From Acidimicrobiia bacterium (lineage in GTDB: Bacteria; Actinomycetota; Acidimicrobiia; IMCC26256; PALSA-610): a stretch of DNA of 64,000 bases. Below the pieces are notes generated by a model. That model saw nothing but the letters and a program-made list of their open reading frames with translations. It was not told the origin of the DNA and ran no database searches. Within the stretch, counting starts at the first letter, position 1, and every line of letters begins with the position of its first letter. The position numbers and the translations under genes are program-made. Below, in pieces: positions 28,030 through 37,893 of this stretch. The DNA is taken from the NCBI GenBank assembly GCA_017882905.1, contig JADGOO010000106.1, positions 3,498-67,497 on the forward strand, written 5' to 3'.

Positions 28030-28913
28030 GACGCGACCGCGTCGCGGAACAGCTCGGACAGCGTGGGGGGCTGATACGCGAACGACACCAGGTCGGCCGT
28101 GTGGCGAGCGAGGCCGATCACCTGGCCGAGGTCGGTCGCGCGGTCCACGCGCAGGCGCGTGTGACCGTCGTGGCACGCGACCACCCGAGCCGACGACAGC
28201 GACGACCAGTCGGGCGCTGGCCCGCGCGTATGGATGTCGACGAATCGGTCGGGCACTGCGGCCCGCAGCGCTTCGAGCTCGCCGGCGAGAACGACCCGAC
28301 CGTGGTCGATGATGACCACGTCTTCGCACAGATCCTCGACCAGGTCGAGCTGATGGCTCGAGAACAACACCGTTGCGCCCGCTTGCGCGACGGTGGCGAG
28401 CAGCTCGGCCATGCTGGCGATGGCCAGTGGATCGAGACCGGAGAATGGCTCGTCGAGCACGAGCAGATCGGGCTCGTTGATGAGCGCCGCGATCAACTGC
28501 ACCCGTTGCTGGTTGCCGTGTGACAGTGCGTCGAGGCGATCGCTCGCGCGCTCGGCCAACCCGAGCTGCTCGAGCCACGTGTTGACGCTCCGGTTGACGT
28601 CGACGCGCCCGCGGCCGCACAACCTCCCGAGGTACAGAAGCTGATCGCGCACGCGCATGCGCGGATACAGGCCACGTTCCTCGGGCATGTACCCGAAACG
28701 GGCGCGTTCGGCGGTCGCGATCGGAGCGTCGTTCCAACGCACCGCGCCCGCGTCGAGTTCGACAAGCCCGAACACCGCTCGCATCGCCGTGGTCTTGCCG
28801 GCTCCGTTCGGCCCGAGGAACCCAGTGAGGCGACCCGACTTCGCAACGAACGAGCAGTCGTCGAGTGCGGCCACCCTGGCGAACTGCTTCGTCGCCCGGT
28901 CGAACTCGAGCAC
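28026..28913 (-). CDS. ABC transporter ATP-binding protein
   Basis: GPNGAGKTT, PEERGLY, LSHGNQQR, VLDEPFSGLD; GGGAGG RBS. Confidence 0.93.
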   Translation of the reverse strand: MLEFDRATKQFARVAALDDCSFVAKSGRLTGFLGPNGAGKTTAMRAVFGLVELDAGAVRWNDAPIATAERARFGYMPEERGLYPRMRVRDQLLYLGRLCGRGRVDVNRSVNTWLEQLGLAERASDRLDALSHGNQQRVQLIAALINEPDLLVLDEPFSGLDPLAIASMAELLATVAQAGATVLFSSHQLDLVEDLCEDVVIIDHGRVVLAGELEALRAAVPDRFVDIHTRGPAPDWSSLSSARVVACHDGHTRLRVDRATDLGQVIGLARHTADLVSFAYQPPTLSELFRDAVAS

Positions 28914-29023
28914 GGCGCACCTCCCGCTCGAGCATCGATCCAGCGCGTGCGGGTCGCCAGGGCCCAAGGACTCCAACGCTGTGGCCATCCGAATCGCCGG
29001 GGCTCACGCCCGGGCTTGGGCGC

Positions 29024-29683
29024 TCAGGCGTCGGGCTTGGCGCCGGCGTCGTCGAGGCGTTGCTGCGGGAGCCAGACGCACACGCCGGTGTTCGATGCCG
29101 TGGTGCCGGTCTGCACGCTGCCGCCGAGGCCACGGGCGAGGCGCCGTAGGCGGTCGAGCGCCTCGGCCGCGATGCGCACGTCGTCGAGCTCGAGGAGCAG
29201 CTCGCCGCGGCGGCGGTCCGCCGAGAGGCGCACGTCGTGGTCGCTCGCAACCACCCCCGCCTCGAGCAGCGTGGCGAGCAGCTCCTGGAAGCGAACCGGG
29301 TTCGTGACGATCGCAGCGTGCGCGGGGCAGCGCACCACGATGTTGCGGTCGCGCAACGTTGCGCCTGCCGCGGCGGCCGCCAGCTCGAGCGCCCCGGCCA
29401 CGAGCACGGTCGCCTGCGGCTCGCGGCCGTCGAGCGTGCCGGTACGGGTTCCGTCGTCGATGATCTGCTCGACCACCTGTTGCAAGCCGTGTGCGAGCGT
29501 GCGGGCGCGGGCCAGCAGGTGCGGGTCGAGCGTCTCGCCCGACGGTCCGAGGTGGGCGAGGGCAAGTCGCTGGAGGGTGCGCATGATCTCGGCGAGCGGG
29601 TCGGCGAGACCCGCCGTCACGGTGTCGCGGAGCTGGCGCCGATCGGCTTCGGTCGTACCGAGGGCCGGAGTCGTGGTGGTCAT
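29024..29683 (-). CDS. Hypothetical protein resembling a degenerate HisKA-HATPase core
   Basis: GC3-biased ORF; VTAGLADPLAEI / TNPVRFQELLATLL / LGGSV...GVCVWLP track kinase architecture without catalytic residues. Confidence 0.6.
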   Translation of the reverse strand: MTTTTPALGTTEADRRQLRDTVTAGLADPLAEIMRTLQRLALAHLGPSGETLDPHLLARARTLAHGLQQVVEQIIDDGTRTGTLDGREPQATVLVAGALELAAAAAGATLRDRNIVVRCPAHAAIVTNPVRFQELLATLLEAGVVASDHDVRLSADRRRGELLLELDDVRIAAEALDRLRRLARGLGGSVQTGTTASNTGVCVWLPQQRLDDAGAKPDA

Positions 29684-29878
29684 GGCGGTTCCCGTCGCTG
29701 GGCTACTCGGACCCATCGGCCTCGCGGTGACCGGTCTTGAGCCTCGGGGGCGTCGGCCGCCCCGCCGATGCGCCGCTGCGTCGCTCGCAGTGCCATTCTC
29801 CGGGTGAGCGGCGCATGGGCCGTGGTGGCCCCCGACTGGGGGAGTGGACCAGCGAGTGGACCGGCGAATGGAGACGAC

Positions 29879-30193
29879 ATGAGCGTGGTGCGGATCAACG
29901 CCATCGAGGTACCGGCGGAGCGGGCCGACGAGCTCGTCGAGCGGTTCTCGAAGCGGGCCGGCGAGGTCTCGAAGATGCCCGGCTTCGAAGCCTTCGAGCT
30001 GCTGCGCCCCACCGACGACCGCACCACCTTCCTCGTGTACACGCGCTGGAGCACCCAGGAGGCGTTCGATGCGTGGGTGAACGGCCAGGCCTTCCAACGG
30101 GGCCATGCCCAGCACACCGGGCAAGGCCCCGTGAGTCAGCATGCCGAGCTGTGGAGCTTCGACGTCGTGCAGCACGAAGAGGCTCCGGCCTAG
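29879..30193 (+). CDS. ABM-family monooxygenase, MhuD/IsdG-like heme-degrading type
   Basis: VVRINAIEVP...RF...PGF..F.LLRP...YTRW...AF.AW...H closely follows the MhuD pattern (Asn, Trp, His). Confidence 0.75.
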   Translation: MSVVRINAIEVPAERADELVERFSKRAGEVSKMPGFEAFELLRPTDDRTTFLVYTRWSTQEAFDAWVNGQAFQRGHAQHTGQGPVSQHAELWSFDVVQHEEAPA

Positions 30194-30242
30194 AGCGCCG
30201 CGGCGAGCGGTCGGCCGAGTCGATCCAATAGGGTCGGCGCCC

Positions 30243-31976
30243 ATGCCGACGCTCGCCGAAGTTGCTGCCGAGGTCACCGGACCCGGCGGCCCGCTCGAGA
30301 TCGTGGTCGAAGAAGCGCTCGGCCACCGAGTGCAGGTCTACAAGACCCGAATGCGCAGCATGCGCGAGCTGATGGCGCAGAACGCCGCGCGCGCCGACGT
30401 CACGTTCGTGGTGCAAGGCGATCGCCGCCTCACCTACGGCCAGCACGACCGCTGCGCGCGCCGCACGGCCCACGCGCTCGCTGCGCTCGGCGTCGGCCCC
30501 GGCGACCGGGTCGCGGTGATCTCGGCCAACAACCCCGAATGGCTCATCACGTTCTGGGCCTGCGCGATCCTCGGCGCGATCGTCGTGCCCCTCAACGCAT
30601 GGCAGAAGGCCGAAGAGCTGCAGTTTGCGATCGACGACTCGGGCTCGAAGATCGTCGTCGCCGACCGCAAGCGCCTCGACGCGATCATGCCGATCCTCGA
30701 CGACCTGCCGACCGTCGAGCAGGTGTTCCTCGTGGGTGAGAGCGACCCGGGCGACATCGCCGTGGTGCGCAGCTTCGTCGAGCTCTCGGGCGCCGACGAC
30801 AGCGACCAAGACCCGGGGATGCCCGGTGGCGGAATCGCCGAAGACGACGTGGTGGCGATCCTCTACACGTCGGGCACGACCGGGCGGCCCAAGGGCGCAA
30901 CCATCTCGCACCGCCAGGTGATCGCGAACCTTCAGAACATCATGTGCCTCGGCATCATCCAGCTGATGGCCGGCGTCGCGTCGCGCGGCAACGAAGACGG
31001 CAATCAGGAAGCCGCGCTGCTCGTGGTGCCGCTCTTCCACGTGACGGGCTGTCTGTCCACGATGGTCGTGAGCTACGCCACCGGCGGCAAGCTCGTGTTG
31101 ATGCCCGCCAAGCGCTTCGACCCTGATCTGGCGATGCAGACCATCGAGAGCGAGCGTGTCACGAGCATCGGTGGCGTGCCCACGATCATGTGGCGCATCA
31201 TCGAATCGCCCAACTTCGACAAGTACGACCTGTCGAGCGTGAAGCGCGCCAGCTACGGCGGCGCGCCGGCCGCGGCCGAGCTCGTCGAGCGCATCGAGCG
31301 GGCCTTCCCGAACCTGCGCAAGACGTTGTCGACGGCGTACGGGCTCACCGAGACGGCGTCGGTCGCCACGGCGCTCGGCGGCGACGACTACTTCGCCCAT
31401 CCCACGAGCTGCGGCCGGCCGGCGCCCACCGTCGAGCTCGAGATCCGCGACGACTTCTCTTGCGAGGTGCCCCGCGGCGAGCAGGGCGAGATCTGGTTGA
31501 AGGGTCCGACGATCATGCTGCGGGGGTACTGGAACCGCCCCGAGGTGAACGCCGAGGTGCTCGTCGACGGCTGGTTCCGCACCGGCGACATCGCCAAGCA
31601 GGACGACGAGGGCTTCGTCTACATCGTCGACCGCGCCAAGGACATGATCATCCGTGCCGGCGAGAACATCTACTGCGTCGAGATCGAGAACGTGCTCTAC
31701 GACTTCCCTGGGGTGATCGACGCCGCGGTGGTCGGGGTCCCGCACGTACAGCTCGGCGAGGAGGTCAAGGCCGTCGTGCACCTGAAGGCCGGCGTGCACG
31801 CGACGGCTGACGCGATCCGGGAGCACTGCCGCCGGCACCTCGCCGACTTCAAGGTGCCGGAGTACGTGGAGATCCGCGACGAGCCCCTGCCCCGCAACCC
31901 GGCCGGCAAGGTCCTGAAGGCGGCCCTCCGGGGCGGCGAGACCGCGTTCGCGACGAGCGACGACCAGGCCCTGTGA
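30243..31976 (+). CDS. Long-chain acyl-CoA synthetase (AMP-binding)
   Basis: YTSGTTGRPKG, AYGLTET, WFRTGD, DRAKDMIIRAGEN, PRNPAGK. Confidence 0.93.
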   Translation: MPTLAEVAAEVTGPGGPLEIVVEEALGHRVQVYKTRMRSMRELMAQNAARADVTFVVQGDRRLTYGQHDRCARRTAHALAALGVGPGDRVAVISANNPEWLITFWACAILGAIVVPLNAWQKAEELQFAIDDSGSKIVVADRKRLDAIMPILDDLPTVEQVFLVGESDPGDIAVVRSFVELSGADDSDQDPGMPGGGIAEDDVVAILYTSGTTGRPKGATISHRQVIANLQNIMCLGIIQLMAGVASRGNEDGNQEAALLVVPLFHVTGCLSTMVVSYATGGKLVLMPAKRFDPDLAMQTIESERVTSIGGVPTIMWRIIESPNFDKYDLSSVKRASYGGAPAAAELVERIERAFPNLRKTLSTAYGLTETASVATALGGDDYFAHPTSCGRPAPTVELEIRDDFSCEVPRGEQGEIWLKGPTIMLRGYWNRPEVNAEVLVDGWFRTGDIAKQDDEGFVYIVDRAKDMIIRAGENIYCVEIENVLYDFPGVIDAAVVGVPHVQLGEEVKAVVHLKAGVHATADAIREHCRRHLADFKVPEYVEIRDEPLPRNPAGKVLKAALRGGETAFATSDDQAL

Positions 31977-31986
31977 ACGCACCGAG

Positions 31987-32364
31987 GTGATCGCCCTCTC
32001 GTTGTTCGACGTGCATCGCGCGTGGGGGTACACGGCGATCGTGCTCAACGGTCTGGCCGGCCTCTACGGCCTGGCCGCGTGGCGCTGGCCGCGCCTACGG
32101 GGCCGCGCGGTGTGGGGCGCGGTGATCTTCGCCGAGGTGGCGATGATGGTGCAGGTCCTGCTGGGCGTGTTGCTCGTCACCGCGCAGCATTACAAGCCGC
32201 CGCGGTTCCACATGTTCTACGGGTTCGTGTCGTTCATCACGGTGGGGTTGCTCTACTCGTACCGCTATGTTTTCAAGGCGCGCAACCAGATGGAGCTCTT
32301 CTACGGCCTCGGTGGCCTCTTCCTGATGGGCCTCGGCATCCGGGCGGTCCTCCAGGTGGTCTAG
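31987..32364 (+). CDS. Hypothetical 4-TM membrane protein
   Basis: GAGG RBS; four hydrophobic helices; His in helices 1 and 3. Confidence 0.7.
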   Translation: MIALSLFDVHRAWGYTAIVLNGLAGLYGLAAWRWPRLRGRAVWGAVIFAEVAMMVQVLLGVLLVTAQHYKPPRFHMFYGFVSFITVGLLYSYRYVFKARNQMELFYGLGGLFLMGLGIRAVLQVV

Positions 32365-32395
32365 AGACTGGCGCGCACCCCAAGACTCGCGCAGA

Positions 32396-32456
32396 GGCGG
32401 CAAGCAGCCCGCGACGAAGGAATCGCGAATCGCGCCCGGCGTCGCGAACTTGCCGC
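32396..32456. repeat. Imperfect long hairpin between convergent genes
   Basis: GCGGCAAG..CGCGACG ... CGTCGCG..CTTGCCGC. Confidence 0.45.
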
Positions 32457-32485
32457 GCCGGGCGGAACAGGCGCAGGAGAAACCG

Positions 32486-32722
32486 CTAGAGGTTCACCAC
32501 GGGGCAGGTGAGGGTGCGGGTGATGCCCTCCACGAGCTGGATCTGACTCACCACCATCTTGCCGAGGTCGTCGACGGAGCCCGCCTCGGCCTTGACGATC
32601 ACGTCGTAGGGACCGGTGACGTCGTCGGCGTCGATCACGCCCGGCAAGCCACGGATCGAATCGACCACGTGCGATGCCTTGCCGACCTCGGTCTGGATCA
32701 GGATGTAGGCCTGGACTGCCAT
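32486..32722 (-). CDS. Lrp/AsnC ligand-binding domain protein
   Basis: VQAYILIQTEVGKA, VTGPYDVIV, GITRTLTCPVV. Confidence 0.93.
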   Translation of the reverse strand: MAVQAYILIQTEVGKASHVVDSIRGLPGVIDADDVTGPYDVIVKAEAGSVDDLGKMVVSQIQLVEGITRTLTCPVVNL

Positions 32723-32929
32723 GCGGGGAATCTAACCGCATGCCGCCCGCGCCGCTCCGGGGCGGCGGGCACGACCCGGCCCCACCTGCGAGCGAGGGCC
32801 AAGGGAGGTGACACCCGCCGCTCCTTTCGGTTTCCGTGAGTGTGGTCTGCCTACAATTTCCGAACGGTTCGCGCCCTTTGCGGCGCCCACTGGTCGCAAC
32901 GCGGCGAGCAGCAGCGAGCAGGAGCAGGC

Positions 32930-34729
32930 ATGACCACCACGACGCCCCCGACGGACCATCAGCGCTTGCGGGCGTGGGTGGAGGAGTGGGCGGCGATCCT
33001 CGAGCCCGCAGCCGTCGAGTGGTGCGACGGATCCGACGCCGAGTACGCCGAGCTGTGCCGCCGTCTCGTGGAGGCGGGCACGTTCACGCCGCTCGATCCG
33101 GAGAAGCGGCCGAACTGCTTCTACGCGCGCAGCGACCCCGGCGACGTCGCCCGCGTGGAGGACCGCACCTTCATCTGCTCCGAGCGCGAGGCCGACGCCG
33201 GACCCACGAACAACTGGCGCGACCCGGCCGAGATGCGCGCCGAGCTCCTCGCGCTGTACCGCGGCGCGATGCGCGGTCGCACGCTCTACGTGGTTCCCTT
33301 CTCGATGGGTCCGCTCGGATCGCCGATCGCGCACATCGGCGTGGAGCTCACCGACTCGGCCTATGTGGCCGCCTCGATGCGAATCATGACCCGCATGGGT
33401 GCGGGCGCGCTCGAGGTGCTCGGCACGACCGGCGAGTTTGTGCCGTGCGTGCATTCCGTGGGTGCGCCGCTCGAAGCGGGTCAGGCCGACGTCGCGTGGC
33501 CCTGCAACCCGAACAACAAGTACATCGTGCACTTCCCGGAGACGCGTGAGATCTGGAGCTTCGGCTCGGGCTACGGCGGCAACGCGCTGCTCGGCAAGAA
33601 GTGCTTCGCGCTGCGCATCGCTTCCACGATGGCGCGCGACGACGGCTGGCTCGCCGAGCACATGCTCATCTTGAAGCTCACGAACCCGCAGGGCGACAGC
33701 CGTTACATCGCGGCCGCGTTCCCGAGCGCGTGCGGCAAGACGAACCTCGCGATGCTCGTGCCGACCATCCCGGGCTGGAAGGCCGAGACGATCGGCGACG
33801 ACATCGCCTGGATGAAGTTCGGTCCCGACGGCCGCCTCTATGCGATCAATCCCGAGTTCGGCATGTTCGGTGTGGCCCCGGGTACCGGCGTCGACACGAA
33901 CCCGAACGCGGTCAAGGCCCTCGACCGCAACACCGCCTTCACCAACGTGGCGCTCACCGATTCGGGCGACGTGTGGTGGGAGGGCCTGTCGGCTCCGCCC
34001 GAGCACTGCACCGACTGGCTCGGCAACGACTGGACACCGGCTTCGCGAACGCCCGCCGCGCACCCGAACGCCCGCTTCACGGCACCGTTGAGCCAGGTGC
34101 CGTCGGTGGCGCCCGAGTGGGAAGACCCGGCCGGCGTACCGATCAGCGCATTGTTGTTCGGCGGTCGTCGGGCGTCGGTCGTCCCGCTCGTGACCGAAGC
34201 GTTCGACTGGGCCCACGGCGTGTTCCTCGGCTCGATCATGGCGAGCGAGAAGACGGCCGCGGCGGCCGGCACGGTGGGCGAGCTCCGGCGCGACCCGTTC
34301 GCGATGCTGCCGTTCTGCGGCTACCACATGGGTGACTACTTCGCGCACTGGCTGCGCATCGGTACGAAGACCGGACCGGCGAACCTGCCCAAGATCTTCT
34401 ACGTGAACTGGTTCCGCAAGAGCCCCGAAGGCAAGTTCCTCTGGCCCGGCTACGGCGAGAACTCGCGGGTGCTGGCGTGGATCTTCGGGCGCTGTGCGGG
34501 AACGTCCGAGGCCATCGACACCGCCATCGGGCGGTTGCCCGCTCCCGGGGCGCTGCCCACCGAGGGCCTCGACGTGTCGCCCGACGCGCTCGCCGAGATC
34601 CTCTCCGTCGACGACGACGCGTGGCGTGCCGAGGTGCCGTCGATCGCAGAGCACTTCGCGGTGTTCGGTGAGCGGCTCCCCGACGCCTTGAACACCGAGC
34701 TCGCTGCACTGCAACAGCGCCTGGCGTAG
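32930..34729 (+). CDS. pckG: Phosphoenolpyruvate carboxykinase (GTP)
   Basis: [43 protein letters not shown]; TACAAT -10 at 32852. Confidence 0.97.
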   Translation: MTTTTPPTDHQRLRAWVEEWAAILEPAAVEWCDGSDAEYAELCRRLVEAGTFTPLDPEKRPNCFYARSDPGDVARVEDRTFICSEREADAGPTNNWRDPAEMRAELLALYRGAMRGRTLYVVPFSMGPLGSPIAHIGVELTDSAYVAASMRIMTRMGAGALEVLGTTGEFVPCVHSVGAPLEAGQADVAWPCNPNNKYIVHFPETREIWSFGSGYGGNALLGKKCFALRIASTMARDDGWLAEHMLILKLTNPQGDSRYIAAAFPSACGKTNLAMLVPTIPGWKAETIGDDIAWMKFGPDGRLYAINPEFGMFGVAPGTGVDTNPNAVKALDRNTAFTNVALTDSGDVWWEGLSAPPEHCTDWLGNDWTPASRTPAAHPNARFTAPLSQVPSVAPEWEDPAGVPISALLFGGRRASVVPLVTEAFDWAHGVFLGSIMASEKTAAAAGTVGELRRDPFAMLPFCGYHMGDYFAHWLRIGTKTGPANLPKIFYVNWFRKSPEGKFLWPGYGENSRVLAWIFGRCAGTSEAIDTAIGRLPAPGALPTEGLDVSPDALAEILSVDDDAWRAEVPSIAEHFAVFGERLPDALNTELAALQQRLA

Positions 34730-34741
34730 ATTCCGCGCCCG

Positions 34742-35014
34742 ATGGGCGTGATCGGTTGGATCGTCATGGGGTTCGTCGCCGGCGTGTTCGCACGCGCCGT
34801 GACGAACTATGACCGGCGGGTCCCGCCCACGGCCCGGCTTGGTTGCCTGGGCACCATCGCGATCGGTGTGCTCGGTGGCTTGATCGGCGGCGCGCTCACC
34901 GACGCGGCCACGGGCGATGGCATCGGCGATTTCGGACTGCGCTCCATCGCGGTGGCGTTCGTGGGCGCGGTGCTCCTGCTCATGGTCGTACAAGCCATCT
35001 CGAGCCGCCGCTAG
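34742..35014 (+). CDS. GlsB/YeaQ/YmgE (transglycosylase-associated) membrane protein
   Basis: IGWIVMGFVAG...TIAIGVLGGLIGG...AFVGAVLLL. Confidence 0.88.
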   Translation: MGVIGWIVMGFVAGVFARAVTNYDRRVPPTARLGCLGTIAIGVLGGLIGGALTDAATGDGIGDFGLRSIAVAFVGAVLLLMVVQAISSRR

Positions 35015-37364
35015 CCACGGCAGTACGGGGCGTGACTGGCAGCTCGGAGGCGGTGGGCACAGGGTTGAGGGAGCCGAACGGCCGGCTCACGCTCGCGAGC
35101 AGCTCGTCGACCTCGGCGGCGGCGAGCGGGCGCGAGTAGTAAAAGCCCTGCGCGAAGTCACAGCCGAGCCGGCGCAGCGCGGCGACCTGCTCGACGCTCT
35201 CGGCACCTTCGCCGATCACCTCGAGGCCGAGGGCGTGCGAGAGCGCCACGACCGCGGCCACGACGGTGGCCGCCGGCGCTTCCGAAGCCACGTCGTGCAT
35301 GAACAGGCGGTCGATCTTGACCACGTCGATGGGGAACTGCCGCAGGTAGGCGAGCGCGCTGTAGCCGGTGCCGAAGTCGTCGATGGCGACACGCACGCCG
35401 AGGCGCTTGATCGCTTCGAGCTGACGGATCGACCATTCGGCGTCATCGAGCAGCATGCTCTCGGTGAGCTCGAGCAGCACATCCCCGGGGCTGACGCGTG
35501 CGCGGGTGATGGCGCGTTGCACGGATTCGCAGAGGTTGGCCTGGGTGAGCTGGCGGCCCGACACGTTCACCGCCACGTGCAGCGCGCGCATCTCGGGATG
35601 CTCGGAGCGCCAGTGGGCGAGCTGGAAGCACGCCTGCTCCATGACCCACTCACCGATCGGCACGATCAGACCCGTCTCCTCGGCGAGGCTGACGAACTCC
35701 GACGGCGCCACCAACCCGATCCCGGGTCGCTGCCACCGCACGAGCGCTTCGAAGCCGACGATCTCACCCGTGGTGACGCGCACGATCGGTTGGTAGTGCA
35801 GGCGCAGCTCGCCGTGCTTGACGGCCGTCTGCAGCGCCTTTTCCGTCTCGCGGCGGCGATCGACCCACGCGCGCATGTCGGCATCGAACACCTCCCAACG
35901 GTGGCGGCCCTGCTCCTTGGCGCGATACATCGCCGCGTCGGCATCCCGCAGGATCGACTCGGCGGTGTCGTCGCTCGTCTGATGCACGGCAACGCCCACC
36001 GATGCCGACACGACCACGGCGCTGTCGCCGATCGTGAACGGCTTCGAGAGCGCGTCGACGATGCGTTGCGCGATCTCGAACGCGACGCTCGGTGTGATGA
36101 GGTCCTCGCAGAGCACCGCGAACTCGTCACCGCCGAGACGCGCGACGGTGTCGCCGGTACGCACGGCGTCGTTCACGCGCGCCGCCGCTTCGATCAACAG
36201 CGTGTCGCCGGCCTGGTGGCCCAGTGTGTCGTTGACAGCCTTGAACCGATCGAGATCGAGGTAGAGCACGGCGAGCGCCGCGTCGCGTCGCGCGGCGCGG
36301 GTGAGCGCATGCTCGATGCGGTCGGCGAGCAGGTACCGGTTGAGCAGACCCGTGAGCGCGTCGTGGCTGGCTTGGTGCGTGAGCTCCTGTTGGTCGTGCT
36401 CCCGGTCGCGTACCAGCCCGGCGAGCCGCGCGAAGACGATGCCCGCGACGAGCAGCGTGGTGAACACGAGCGTCGGCTCCGCGATCTCGTCGCCCTTGGC
36501 GTGTTCGATGAGGTTGATCGTGGGTGGCGTGAGCAGCGCGACGCCGAGGAACGCCACGCGGACGAGGTGCAACGGCTGGAATGACGACATCGACCGGTCG
36601 GTCAGCTCGTCCGAATCCGGGTGCAGCGCCGCGAGTGCGAAGAGCAGGTACGCGGGCGGATAGTGCGCCGGCGTGTACTGCTGCCACGGTCCGATGATCG
36701 TGGCGAGGTCGAGCGCGAGAAGGCTGAGGAGGCCGACGAAGAGCAGATGCGTCGGCGTGCCCCGACGGCCCGGCGCGAATGCGAGCCACGCGAGGCCCAT
36801 GAGGGCCATCACGTCCATCATCGGGTAGGCCGCCTCGACGAGTCTCGTGAAGCCGTGCACGCCGTCGACCGCCGGCGCCACCAGGTACTGCCAGAGCGCG
36901 AGGCCGGCCGCGATCGCGACGGCCAGCCCGTCGAGCAGCCCGTCACGACTGTGGTCGAGCGTGCGCAGGCGGACCATCTGGACGAGGCCGAGCGCGAGCA
37001 ACGGGTAGCCGGCCAGCGCGAGCAGGTCGGCCACCGATGCGGCGGGCCGGGTGCCGTCGTTCAGACGCAAGATCGACCAGACGACGTCGCCGACCGCCCA
37101 CACGGACAGGGCCGCGGCCACCCACAGCCAGGCCTTGCGGACCCGGCCGCGGTGGCGCCAGGCCCCCAGTGCAGCCAGACCGGCCGCGCCCGCGGCGCTG
37201 CCGTCGACCGCGAGGGCGGCGATCAGCGGATGCGAACCGTCGGCGAGCCGTCCCACGACGGCCGCGATGACCCACACCGCCACCAGCGTCGTCGAGACGC
37301 GAGTGCGCGACACGGTTCCGCATCGGCCCGCCGCAGCGTGGTCTTGATGTCGAGATGGCGCCAC
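34980..37364 (-). CDS. Membrane-bound GGDEF-EAL protein (diguanylate cyclase/phosphodiesterase)
   Basis: Many TM helices; HDALTGL, DLDRFK, RLGGDEF, EALVRW, DDFGTGYS; start uncertain. Confidence 0.92.
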   Translation of the reverse strand: MAPSRHQDHAAAGRCGTVSRTRVSTTLVAVWVIAAVVGRLADGSHPLIAALAVDGSAAGAAGLAALGAWRHRGRVRKAWLWVAAALSVWAVGDVVWSILRLNDGTRPAASVADLLALAGYPLLALGLVQMVRLRTLDHSRDGLLDGLAVAIAAGLALWQYLVAPAVDGVHGFTRLVEAAYPMMDVMALMGLAWLAFAPGRRGTPTHLLFVGLLSLLALDLATIIGPWQQYTPAHYPPAYLLFALAALHPDSDELTDRSMSSFQPLHLVRVAFLGVALLTPPTINLIEHAKGDEIAEPTLVFTTLLVAGIVFARLAGLVRDREHDQQELTHQASHDALTGLLNRYLLADRIEHALTRAARRDAALAVLYLDLDRFKAVNDTLGHQAGDTLLIEAAARVNDAVRTGDTVARLGGDEFAVLCEDLITPSVAFEIAQRIVDALSKPFTIGDSAVVVSASVGVAVHQTSDDTAESILRDADAAMYRAKEQGRHRWEVFDADMRAWVDRRRETEKALQTAVKHGELRLHYQPIVRVTTGEIVGFEALVRWQRPGIGLVAPSEFVSLAEETGLIVPIGEWVMEQACFQLAHWRSEHPEMRALHVAVNVSGRQLTQANLCESVQRAITRARVSPGDVLLELTESMLLDDAEWSIRQLEAIKRLGVRVAIDDFGTGYSALAYLRQFPIDVVKIDRLFMHDVASEAPAATVVAAVVALSHALGLEVIGEGAESVEQVAALRRLGCDFAQGFYYSRPLAAAEVDELLASVSRPFGSLNPVPTASELPVTPRTAVASGGSRWLVRP

Positions 37365-37392
37365 GGCCCCTGTGCGGGCCGAGGAGGGCTTG

Positions 37393-37620
37393 TCAGACGC
37401 GTGCGGTGGTCATGCCCATGTCGGGTTCGGCCCCAGTGCGCAACGCCACCGCGTGGCCGCCGGCGTCGAGGTCGAACACGACCCGCTGGCCCTGGCGCAA
37501 GGTGCGAAACAACGAGCCTTCGAGCGCATCGGCGGCGAGCACGAGCTCGGCCCGGTCGGTGTCGCGCACGACGATCCCCTCGCGGGTGATCGGGTCGTAG
37601 GCCTTGACGACGCCCTGCAC
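37393..37620 (-). CDS. Cold-shock-like OB-fold small protein
   Basis: VQGVVKAYD...G...FRTLRQGQRVVFD resembles CSD termini; 5 nt after the rpmB stop. Confidence 0.7.
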   Translation of the reverse strand: MQGVVKAYDPITREGIVVRDTDRAELVLAADALEGSLFRTLRQGQRVVFDLDAGGHAVALRTGAEPDMGMTTARV

Positions 37621-37625
37621 GGCGC

Positions 37626-37823
37626 TCAGCCCCTCGAGGGCTTGGTGACCTTGCCGGCCTTGATGCACGACGTGCAGGCGTTGACCCGTCGGGGTGCGCC
37701 GTTCACGATCGCGCGCACTCGCTGGATGTTCGGGTCCCAGCGGCGCTTGGTGCGCCGGTGCGAGTGCGAGACGCTCATGCCGAAATGCGGCTTCTTGCCG
37801 CAGACATCGCACACCGCTGCCAT
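37626..37823 (-). CDS. rpmB: 50S ribosomal protein L28 (Zn-binding form)
   Basis: CDVCGK...VSHSHRRTKRRW.PNIQ...CTSC. Confidence 0.97.
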   Translation of the reverse strand: MAAVCDVCGKKPHFGMSVSHSHRRTKRRWDPNIQRVRAIVNGAPRRVNACTSCIKAGKVTKPSRG

Positions 37824-37893
37824 GATCGCCGAACCTCATGTCTTGCCAGAACCGGACCGGGGAATACTAGCCGGGCGGTATCGTGCCGCTCTG

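Noticed and set aside
28914-29565. Long N-terminal extension of the ABC permease (942-aa ORF)
   Set aside because: It overlaps the ABC ATPase and the kinase-like ORF in other frames; the real start is the coupled ATG at 28029.
32861-32871. CGAACGGTTCG as an SOS box upstream of pckG
   Set aside because: The spacer is 1 nt instead of 4.
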